A stretch of 64,000 nt of DNA, taken from Candidatus Shapirobacteria bacterium. Lineage in GTDB: Bacteria > Patescibacteriota > Microgenomatia > UBA12405. Under the pieces are notes generated by a model. That model made no database searches. It saw only the letters and a program-made list of their open reading frames with translations, and was not told the DNA's origin. The stretch covers positions 140,270 to 204,269 of the forward strand of contig JBAYIT010000001.1 of NCBI GenBank assembly GCA_041665485.1. Direction: 5' to 3'. The number at the start of each line of letters is the position of its first letter. The first letter of the stretch is position 1. The position numbers and the translations under genes are program-made. Shown piece by piece: positions 1 through 7,947 of this stretch.

Positions 1-127
1 TGGAAAGAAGCTACATCTATTTGATTATCAACCAAAAAATCGGTAATTTTTTCTGGGGATCTAAGAAGAGAAGAGTTGAGTTGGAGATGTTTGAGGTTCA
101 TGGTTCTTTGGTAAGTTTATCAGAGTG

Positions 128-1039
128 TCAAAAAAGCGAGGATTGGTTGGGGTTTTTGACTAACTTGATGGGCTTTTGGGAGTGGGTTTTGTGAAGGCGG
201 GAGAGGAGGGATTTGAAATTGTAGTCTTTAAAAATGGCTTCAAGGCCGGTAATTTTGTCTTCATTCCAACGGGCGGATTTAAGGCGGAATTTAATGGGAA
301 TATTGGAAATTAAAGTGGCCAGTTTTTGGGAAAGATAGGCATCTTCCCGACTGGTTTCGAGTTTTGATTTAATGGTAGGGCTAATATCGGCGAGGTGGAA
401 ATAAATAGTGTCTAAATTTTGATATTTGGTTAAGAGGTCAGTGGCGGTTTTGGGGCCGATGCCGGCAACACCGGGATAATTATCAGACATATCCCCCATC
501 AGAGCTTTAAGATCGATAACTTGGGTGGGGAGAACGCCAAGTTTTTCTTTAACCTCGTTGATGCCATAAATTTTAGTTTCGGAAAGGCCGCGAATAGGGA
601 CAAAAAGGTTAACCCGGCGGTCGACCAACTGCATAAGATCCTTGTCGCCGGTAATAATAGTTATTTTTCTGACAAAGCGCTTTTTTTTGTAAACAATGGT
701 AGCGATTAAATCGTCGGCCTCGAAACCACCAACAGCGTAAAAAGGGATTTGGGAAGTTTCCAGAGTTTGAGGAAGAACGGGAAGCTGACTAATAAGATCA
801 TGATCGGGAACTTGGCGTTTGGCGCGGTAGCCAACAAATTCAGACGAGCGAAAAGTTGGGCCGGGAGAATCGACACAAACAACGAGGTGACTGGGTTTTA
901 GGGTGTCGATGGCCGATAAAAGCATGGAATAAAAGCCATAAATAGCGTTGACTGGCTCGCCGTTGTGAGTTAGGGGTGGAATGGAGTGGTAGGCGCGATG
1001 AAGAATGGCATGGGCATCGATGATGACGAGATGAGACAT
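128..1039 (-). CDS. 5'-3' exonuclease (FEN / Pol I N-terminal-domain family)
   Basis: 303-aa ORF with 5'-3' exonuclease family motifs (GFEADDLIAT, ITGDKDLMQLV, H3TH-like GIGPKTA). Confidence 0.8.
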   Translation of the reverse strand: MSHLVIIDAHAILHRAYHSIPPLTHNGEPVNAIYGFYSMLLSAIDTLKPSHLVVCVDSPGPTFRSSEFVGYRAKRQVPDHDLISQLPVLPQTLETSQIPFYAVGGFEADDLIATIVYKKKRFVRKITIITGDKDLMQLVDRRVNLFVPIRGLSETKIYGINEVKEKLGVLPTQVIDLKALMGDMSDNYPGVAGIGPKTATDLLTKYQNLDTIYFHLADISPTIKSKLETSREDAYLSQKLATLISNIPIKFRLKSARWNEDKITGLEAIFKDYNFKSLLSRLHKTHSQKPIKLVKNPNQSSLF

Positions 1040-1045
1040 AAGTAA

Positions 1046-1306
1046 TTAACGATAGAGCTGGCTGTGAGTGCCAATTAACTGAAAAATAATAAGGTCTTCG
1101 TTGATGGAATATAAAGCCCGACAGTCTCCTGAAACATTAATACTGTAAAGGTGGGACAATTTACCCTTAAGACGATGTAAGTTTAAAATAGGATTGTTTC
1201 TATCGTCAATAAATTGGCCGAGTCGTTTATCAAAAGCTGTTTGAAGATTTCTTGGCAGTTTACGGTATAGTTTTTTAAAATTTTTCGTAAATTTAATCTT
1301 GGTCAC
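1046..1306 (-). CDS. type II toxin, RelE/ParE (YafQ-like) family
   Basis: 86 aa; RelE/ParE-like core LHRLKGKLSHLYSINVSGDCRALY; overlaps the upstream antitoxin-like ORF by 14 nt, as in TA operons. Confidence 0.7.
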   Translation of the reverse strand: MTKIKFTKNFKKLYRKLPRNLQTAFDKRLGQFIDDRNNPILNLHRLKGKLSHLYSINVSGDCRALYSINEDLIIFQLIGTHSQLYR

Positions 1307-1583
1307 TCTTCAACCATTTTAGCGCATCTTTCGACTTAGTGAAGGCGGGAGAGGTTTGCCCGGCTTCCAAATCAGAAACGGACTTTGCCAGATTATTGGA
1401 AAACCATTGGGAAGGCTTGGTTTCATCTGGTTCAAGAGAGAGATGGAGCGACTTGTTGCGGATGAATTGTTTTAACAAAACATTGATTAACGAGCTTAGA
1501 CTAAGCCCAAGTTCTTCGGCTAGATAGGCAGCCTGCCGTTTAATATTTAAATCAGTTTTGATGTTGATGACAGAGGTGTTCAT
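1293..1583 (-). CDS. DinJ/RelB-family antitoxin (start trimmed to the internal ATG at 1583)
   Basis: N-terminus MNTSVINIKTDLNIKRQAAYLAEELGLSLSSLINVLL resembles DinJ/RelB antitoxins; the track ORF 1293..1691 starts on TTG and its first 36 codons look non-genic; forms an operon with the RelE-like toxin. Confidence 0.5.
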   Translation of the reverse strand: MNTSVINIKTDLNIKRQAAYLAEELGLSLSSLINVLLKQFIRNKSLHLSLEPDETKPSQWFSNNLAKSVSDLEAGQTSPAFTKSKDALKWLKSDQD

Positions 1584-1682
1584 TAGGAAGTAGTATATAC
1601 GATGTATGGATATTGTAAATAGTGAAATTACCGTTAATTTGGAGTGTGTGGTAGGTTGGATAATAAATGATAAAATGGGCAT

Positions 1683-2441
1683 ATGAAACAACCAATTACT
1701 GATAGTTATCAGCGAATATTTGCCGATAAAAAAAGGGTGTTAGTGGTTTTTGCCCATCCTGATGACCTTGAACTCTACTGTGGTGGTACGGTTGCCCGCC
1801 TAATCTCGGATGGAAAAATAGTACGATCTGTCAAAATGACCAGTGGCGAGATGGGTTCGCGCCAGGAAAAGATTACTCAAGAGGAATTGCTATCCATTAG
1901 AGAAAAAGAGGACTCGGCCTCAATGACCGAATTGGGAATTGCCAGGGAAGATAATGTTTATCTTCGTCGCGGGGATGGCAAAATCGAAAATAATCTTGAA
2001 ATTATTGGCGATGTGGCTAAGCAAATTCGATTATTTCAACCTGATTTAATTATTACCCATAATCCACAGGACTTAGTTATTCGTTTTGATAAAGACATAA
2101 ACTGGTTTAATCACAGGGATCACCGCAATACCGGCCAGATCGTTATTGATGCTTCTTACCCATACGCGCGCGATATTCTCTTTTATCCAGACCACTTTCA
2201 AGATCCGGTGGCAAAATCTTGGACGTGTACTGAGTTTCTTTTGGTTGACTCATACGGCCATGAGGATAGTGTTTTCGTTGATATCACCAAATTTATTAGC
2301 AAAAGAGTAGCAGCTCACGCAAGACACAAATCTCAATACTCAACAAAAGACGCCAAAGATTCGGCTGATTTTTTTACCAAAAGTTGGGACTCACAAGGAA
2401 AAAACAAATATGAAACATTCCGCCATGTTATCGTCGACTGA
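1683..2441 (+). CDS. PIG-L/LmbE-family N-acetylglucosaminyl deacetylase
   Basis: VVFAHPDDLELYCGGT signature near the N-terminus plus downstream His/Asp metal-ligand region. Confidence 0.8.
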   Translation: MKQPITDSYQRIFADKKRVLVVFAHPDDLELYCGGTVARLISDGKIVRSVKMTSGEMGSRQEKITQEELLSIREKEDSASMTELGIAREDNVYLRRGDGKIENNLEIIGDVAKQIRLFQPDLIITHNPQDLVIRFDKDINWFNHRDHRNTGQIVIDASYPYARDILFYPDHFQDPVAKSWTCTEFLLVDSYGHEDSVFVDITKFISKRVAAHARHKSQYSTKDAKDSADFFTKSWDSQGKNKYETFRHVIVD

Positions 2442-2528
2442 TCTACGTCTTTTTTCTGACAATGTGATAAGTTTTTTTCATCGTTCCGCTAAATATAAGT
2501 AATTGATTTGCGGATGCGGCTGTTGGAC

Positions 2529-3434
2529 CTAGGACAGTAATTTCTCATCTGGTAGTAATAAGTAGGGAGCCATTTCTTGAGCTGTTTTTAAGATTCTTTG
2601 CCATTCTTCGTCTATTAGACGAAATTGTTGGCCAACATATTCTCTATAACCCTGATCATTTTCATCCAAAGGTTCTCTTTCAGTTCTGTTAATTTCATCC
2701 AACCAGCTTTGTCTTGAAATACGAACCAATTCAACATCTCTTGCAATAGATCTGATAGCCAGTATCTCTACAGGAGGGTGCATTTGGCCATCAAACCATA
2801 GAGGATTATTCCCCTTTACTATTTCAATCTCCTCAGCGCTTAAAGGAGTACCATCATCTCTGTAAATTCCAATTAATCTAGTGCCTATTCCACCTTTTTC
2901 GTTTGTAATTATTTCGGCCTCTGTCAAGTCAGGCATCTTTTGTATAACTGGATGAACAGCACTGTAAAAGAGAACATTTTCCACTGGCATCTCCACAACT
3001 GAGTAATATCCTCTTCCTTGTATTCCTCCCAATCCACATGCTTCACCAGCCCATGCTTGAGCAATGTCTTCAGTCATAGTATATGAGTCATAAGGAAAAA
3101 GTCTTAGTCTTTCTATTGGTAAACCTCTACCGAAACCACGCCATGCAGTAAATCTTTTCCCTAATTTCTGTTCAGCCTGTCGTTGAGAGATTGATTGGAT
3201 TTCAGCCGCTTCAGCTGGATTATCAATAATAGCTTTGACCACGTCTTCTTTACCTTGGGCTCCAGGACTTCCTACCCATCCAATTAATGCTCTATGAACC
3301 GGCATGTTTTCGGTTGCAGTAAACCACTTGTAAGTATCCTTAAAAATCTCTCTCCATTTTCGTGTAATGTCATCATCGAGAACAAGGGGGTCTTGTTGGT
3401 TTGTAGGAACAGGGATTTTTTCATCTAATATCAT
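2529..3434 (-). CDS. hypothetical protein with atypical codon usage (candidate horizontally acquired gene)
   Basis: 301-aa ORF rich in A/T-ending codons (tta, aga, cct, gct), whereas neighbours prefer G-ending codons (ttg, gtg, ggg); no family recognised by eye. Confidence 0.5.
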   Translation of the reverse strand: MILDEKIPVPTNQQDPLVLDDDITRKWREIFKDTYKWFTATENMPVHRALIGWVGSPGAQGKEDVVKAIIDNPAEAAEIQSISQRQAEQKLGKRFTAWRGFGRGLPIERLRLFPYDSYTMTEDIAQAWAGEACGLGGIQGRGYYSVVEMPVENVLFYSAVHPVIQKMPDLTEAEIITNEKGGIGTRLIGIYRDDGTPLSAEEIEIVKGNNPLWFDGQMHPPVEILAIRSIARDVELVRISRQSWLDEINRTEREPLDENDQGYREYVGQQFRLIDEEWQRILKTAQEMAPYLLLPDEKLLS

Positions 3435-3585
3435 AAAATGATTGGGTTCTGACTAGATAACACTAACTTTGTTGCCTCCTAATGTTTTCTTGCCCACAAA
3501 TAACACTCGGGGCCGAGGAATAATCAAATATTCGCATACAGTTAAGTATAACGCAGGGTGGGACGTTAGCTGTTAGAATTAATAA

Positions 3586-4506
3586 ATGGAACAGCATTCG
3601 ATCCCGCAACAGATAAGCTCGTATGAGTTTAAGCTGGTGGGGGAAATGACTTTGAAACAGTTTTTGAAGGCGGCAGTGGGGATAGTACTGGCCCTAATGA
3701 TTAATGCCACTGGACTGGTGTTTTTTATAAAATACCCCTTAGTTTTGGCGCTTGGAGGCGGAGGTTTGGCTTTGGCGTTTGTGCCTTTTGAAGACAGACC
3801 GCTGGAAACTTGGATTTTGTCTTTTTTGAAGTCAATTTATACTCCGACGATTTTGATTTACAAAAAAAGGGCTGATAAAAACTGGCTTAATATTGACTAC
3901 ACTAGGGCCAAGTTTATTGAGGAAGAAAAAGAAGAGGAGGAAAAAGCGATTCCGATGAAGAATAAAAGCAAAGTGGCAGAATTTATCGATTCGTTGCCAT
4001 CGGTAAAAAGAGCGGATGAGGAGGGTGAGAATCTAGAATCTGGAATCAAGAATCTAGATTTGAAAACCAAAAACCAAGAAATGGGAGAACAGAAATTAGT
4101 AACTAGTAACAAGATACAAGAAGGAGCCGAGCAAAAGACAACTGACTGGAGGGGGGCAGCGGCAAATTTGGGATTGAAATCGGAAAAATTAGAAGCAACG
4201 GCAAAAGCAACTTTTGGATCGATACCAATGCCAGATATTCCCGACCTACCAAACCTGTTGGTTGGAATGGTGACTAGCAAAGAAGGAAAAATAGTTGACG
4301 GAGCAATCGTTGAAATTTTGGACAACTTGGGCAACCCAGTAAGAGTATTAAAGACTAACCCCTTGGGACAATTTAGAACCTCGACACAATTAAGTGACGG
4401 AAAATATCTGGTAGTGACTGAAAAAGAAGGGTTTGGCTTTGATAGAGTAGAAATAAACCTATCAGGAGGGATAGTTGAGCCGATTAAAATCCAGGCATTG
4501 GCCTAA
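3586..4506 (+). CDS. PrgI/VirB3-like T4SS membrane protein with long C-terminal extension
   Basis: N-terminus SYEFKLVGEMTLKQFLKAAVGIVLALMI followed by two TM helices matches PrgI-family proteins that precede VirB4 in Gram-positive-type T4SS; the C-terminal ~190 aa contain an in-frame GAATCTAGAATCTGGAAT repeat and a beta-sandwich-like tail. Confidence 0.5.
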   Translation: MEQHSIPQQISSYEFKLVGEMTLKQFLKAAVGIVLALMINATGLVFFIKYPLVLALGGGGLALAFVPFEDRPLETWILSFLKSIYTPTILIYKKRADKNWLNIDYTRAKFIEEEKEEEEKAIPMKNKSKVAEFIDSLPSVKRADEEGENLESGIKNLDLKTKNQEMGEQKLVTSNKIQEGAEQKTTDWRGAAANLGLKSEKLEATAKATFGSIPMPDIPDLPNLLVGMVTSKEGKIVDGAIVEILDNLGNPVRVLKTNPLGQFRTSTQLSDGKYLVVTEKEGFGFDRVEINLSGGIVEPIKIQALA

Positions 4507-4538
4507 AGACGAGAGATTGGTTATTATTATGTAGCAAT

Positions 4539-5252
4539 ATGGCAACTGACCCGTTAAAAGTCGCAATTAGAGGAACAACACAAGACCACCTACCAATGGA
4601 GGATGTGATTGATGATGTGGTGTTAATGAAAAACGGCGAATGTGCAGCGATAATGCAAGTTTCGTCGGTAAACTTCGACCTTTTGTCGGAAAGAGAGCAA
4701 CAAGCAATGGTCTATGCCTATGGAGGGATTTTAAATTCCCTTAATTTTCCAATCCAAATTGTAATTTATTCAAATACCAAGGATGTTGGTTTTTATCTTT
4801 CGAACCTTAAGATAGCAGAAGAAAAACAGACTAACGGATTATTAAAAACGAGGATTCAGTCGTACCGCAAATTTATCGAGGAAACGGTTAGGAAAAATGA
4901 TGTTTTGTCAAAGTCGTTTTACGTGATAGTCCCCTTCTCAATTTTAGAGTTAGGAATTAAAAGTGCCCAAAGCTCAATTACCGGAAGCTTTAAACTACCA
5001 TTTGGTAATCACAACAAACAAACAGAGTTGCCATTTGAAAAAAACTATATTATAGAAAAGGCTAAAGCTAGTTTAAAACCAAAAAAAGACCATATTATTA
5101 GGTTGTTTGCAAGGTTGGGGTTAGAGATTAAAGCTTTAAATACCAAAGAAATAATTGAATTACTTTATAAAATTTACAATGAAGACACGGCGGCTAATCA
5201 AAAATTACAAACATTAAATTACGATGCGCCAGTGGTTACCGCTAAAATTTAG
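4539..5252 (+). CDS. VirB4 N-terminal-domain-like protein (possibly a split VirB4 segment)
   Basis: EDVIDDVVLMKNGECAAIMQVSSVNFDLLSEREQQAMVYAYGGILNSLNFPIQIVIYS matches the conserved N-terminal segment of VirB4/TrbE/CagE ATPases (DG..L.KDGSL.A..E..G.D..S..EE......N.AL). Confidence 0.5.
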   Translation: MATDPLKVAIRGTTQDHLPMEDVIDDVVLMKNGECAAIMQVSSVNFDLLSEREQQAMVYAYGGILNSLNFPIQIVIYSNTKDVGFYLSNLKIAEEKQTNGLLKTRIQSYRKFIEETVRKNDVLSKSFYVIVPFSILELGIKSAQSSITGSFKLPFGNHNKQTELPFEKNYIIEKAKASLKPKKDHIIRLFARLGLEIKALNTKEIIELLYKIYNEDTAANQKLQTLNYDAPVVTAKI

Positions 5253-5293
5253 ATCCTAGATGATAGATCTTAGATCTTAGATAAAAACAAAAA

Positions 5294-7924
5294 ATGGGAC
5301 TTAATATATTTGCAAAAAAGAAAGCAGACACAACAGCCGTGGCATCGGTTGCGCCACCTGTCGAGAAAACTAAACCTACCGGGGAAAAAGCGTTTGTGGA
5401 GGGATTAGTGTCGACCAAAGACATTATTGCTCCGGGAGCACTGGAGGTTGATTTTAATGAAATTAGAATAAATAACAAGTACTATCGGACCTGTTTTATT
5501 GCCGGATACCCCCGGTTTGTGGGAATGAACTGGCTCTCTCCATTAATCAATTTTGACGCATCGCTTTCGGTGTCGATGTACATCTACCCAACCGACGGCA
5601 AACAAATTTTGGACGATCTTAGGAGAAAAATTGCAGAAATGGAGGCGGAGATAAGTACTGATATTCAAAGAGGAAGGGTGGTTAATCCAACAACACAGGC
5701 AAAGTTGGAAGATGCACTTAATTTACAGGCAGATTTGGCCAAAGGAGAGGAGAGATTTTTTCAATTTGGGTTATATGTGACAATGGCAGCGGAAACAAAA
5801 GACGACTTAAATCGGATTACAAAAAACCTTGAGGCAGCGTTGGGGGCCTTAATGATTAGTAGTAAGAAATCAACCTTGCAGATGGAGGAAGGGTTTATAA
5901 CAACATTGCCTCTGGGAGCCGATAAATTGCAAATAACGAGAAACATGGACACGACGTCGTTGGCGACAACTTTCCCGTTTGTTAGCTCTGATCTTTCCGA
6001 CGATAAGGGGATAATGTATGGAATTAACGAACACAACGGCAGTTTGGTGATTTTTGACCGGTTTTCAATGCCAAACTACAACTCAGTCGTTTTTGCCACT
6101 GCCGGAGCGGGAAAATCATATTTAATTAAATTGGAAGTAATGAGGTCGTTAATGCTGGGAACAGAGATCATCGTTATTGACCCAGAAAACGAATATAAGG
6201 ACTTGTGCGAATCGGTTGGTGGGCAGTATGTGGCTTTTGGTTATAGTGAACCCTCAAAAATAAATCCTTTTGATTTGTCCTTGGTAACAGATGAAGGGGA
6301 AAACGCCCTTAATTCAAAGATTTTGGATTTGCACAAGTTGCTTAAGATAATGATTGGAGAGATGGACCCGATTGAGGAGTCGATTCTAGATAGGGCGGTA
6401 ATGGACGCCTATAAAATGAAGGGAATTACACCGGATCCAGAGACACAAAATAAAGAACCACCTCTAATTGAGGATTTGTATAAATCATTGATTGGAATGG
6501 AGGAGGAAAAAGCGAGAGGTTTGTCGGCCAGAATTGAAAAATATATTAAAGGGTCGTTTGCCGGTATTTTTAATCAAAAAACAACGGTTAGTTTAAACAA
6601 CAAGTTTGTGGTTTTTGGGATTAGAAATTTGGAAGATGCTCTGCGGCCGGTGGCAATGCAAATAATTCTTGACTATATTTGGACGACAGTAAAGAAAAAT
6701 TTAAAAAAGAGAATATTGGTGGTTGATGAGGCGTGGTACTTGATGCAATATGATGATTCAGCGGCGTTTTTGAGAGGAATTGTGAAGAGAGGGAGAAAAT
6801 ATTACTTGGGGGTAACAACAATAACCCAAGATGTGGACGACTTTTTACAAACGCCATATGGCAAAGAAATTGTGACCAATAGCTCGATTCAAATATTGCT
6901 AAAACAGCATAGCGCGGCAATAGATATGATTGGTGATGTTTTTTACCTGTCTGAAGGGGAAAAACAGCTATTAATGTCAGCGGCGAAGGGCGAGGGGATA
7001 TTTTTTGCCGGGCAAAATCATGTAGCGATTAGAGTGATTGCCTCGGAAGAAGAGCATCTTCTGATTACATCAAACCCAGAGGAAGTAATGAAGATTAAGA
7101 ATCAACGAATCAAAGAATCTGCGAATTTAGATTTAAGCAATACAAATATTACAAAACCAGAACCTGCTGAACCGGCTCCCGTGATACAACCTAATGATCC
7201 CGTGGTGCCAGTCGATCCAACTCCTACATCGATCCCAACCCCAGTGGTTGAGCCGTCTATCAGCCCGGTTCCAGTAGTTCCGGCTCCTGTAGCTCAAACC
7301 CCCGTAGTACCAGTAGTAAGTGAACCAAGTAAACCCAGATTTGTAACGGAGGTAGTGGGTGTACCTCAAGAAACTAGCCATGAGGAATTGCTATCAAAAA
7401 AGATTAATGAAATGGAGGAACTGGAAAAGGCCGAATTGGCAAAATTCGAGGAACAGAAAAAGATAGATGACGAGAAAAAGAAGAAAGAGGAAGAAGAAAA
7501 GGCAAAAATGGGTGGATTTGGAGGAAGTAGTTTTGGGGGGTTACCCAAATACGGCGATTTATTTAAATCAGCCGGAAAGTTACCACCACTACCTCCCCTA
7601 CCACCTTTACCTAAATATCAAGCACCAACAGTAAATAACCAAACAATTTCTCCGTCTGAGACGGATTCCGCTTCGCTTCACAATAACCAAATTCCAAGTT
7701 CCAAACAGGAAGATAAAAAAACTAAACCAATATTCGTGGATATGACGGAGAAACAAATACCCCAACCACTGCAATTGCAGAAAAAAGCAAAACCCATTTT
7801 TGAAGAATCTACGAATCTAGAATCTGGAATTAAGAAAGACAACAAAAATGAGGAAATAGGAACAAAAAAAGACGACAAAGTAAACAAATCCTATGATGAG
7901 TTGTTTGGAAACGGGATTGTTTAG
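5294..7924 (+). CDS. virB4: VirB4/TrbE/PrgJ-family type IV secretion ATPase with Pro-rich and Lys/Glu-rich C-terminal tail
   Basis: Walker A VFATAGAGKSYL, Walker B ILVVDEAWYL and the VirB4 N-domain segment YYRTCFIAGYPRFVGMNWLSPLI; about 180 aa of tail contain a PxP-rich stretch, PPLPPLPPLP and a repeat-encoded ESTNLESGIKK. Confidence 0.85.
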   Translation: MGLNIFAKKKADTTAVASVAPPVEKTKPTGEKAFVEGLVSTKDIIAPGALEVDFNEIRINNKYYRTCFIAGYPRFVGMNWLSPLINFDASLSVSMYIYPTDGKQILDDLRRKIAEMEAEISTDIQRGRVVNPTTQAKLEDALNLQADLAKGEERFFQFGLYVTMAAETKDDLNRITKNLEAALGALMISSKKSTLQMEEGFITTLPLGADKLQITRNMDTTSLATTFPFVSSDLSDDKGIMYGINEHNGSLVIFDRFSMPNYNSVVFATAGAGKSYLIKLEVMRSLMLGTEIIVIDPENEYKDLCESVGGQYVAFGYSEPSKINPFDLSLVTDEGENALNSKILDLHKLLKIMIGEMDPIEESILDRAVMDAYKMKGITPDPETQNKEPPLIEDLYKSLIGMEEEKARGLSARIEKYIKGSFAGIFNQKTTVSLNNKFVVFGIRNLEDALRPVAMQIILDYIWTTVKKNLKKRILVVDEAWYLMQYDDSAAFLRGIVKRGRKYYLGVTTITQDVDDFLQTPYGKEIVTNSSIQILLKQHSAAIDMIGDVFYLSEGEKQLLMSAAKGEGIFFAGQNHVAIRVIASEEEHLLITSNPEEVMKIKNQRIKESANLDLSNTNITKPEPAEPAPVIQPNDPVVPVDPTPTSIPTPVVEPSISPVPVVPAPVAQTPVVPVVSEPSKPRFVTEVVGVPQETSHEELLSKKINEMEELEKAELAKFEEQKKIDDEKKKKEEEEKAKMGGFGGSSFGGLPKYGDLFKSAGKLPPLPPLPPLPKYQAPTVNNQTISPSETDSASLHNNQIPSSKQEDKKTKPIFVDMTEKQIPQPLQLQKKAKPIFEESTNLESGIKKDNKNEEIGTKKDDKVNKSYDELFGNGIV

Positions 7925-7947
7925 GAAATTTTGGGTATAATTTCGGT

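Noticed and set aside
1293-1691. Full 132-aa track ORF for the antitoxin
   Set aside because: It starts on TTG, and the first 36 codons (MFHMPILSFIIQPTTHS...) overlap the start codon of the divergent LmbE gene and look non-genic; I trimmed it to the internal ATG at 1583, which gives a DinJ-like 96-aa protein.
3897-4334. 145-aa minus-strand ORF inside the PrgI-like gene, and many similar antisense ORFs in the track (for example 5761..6036, 8124..8552, 30890..31915, 39060..40265, 49850..50386)
   Set aside because: They lie antisense to long, motif-bearing CDS, have low-complexity translations and no start or promoter context; I treat them as spurious.
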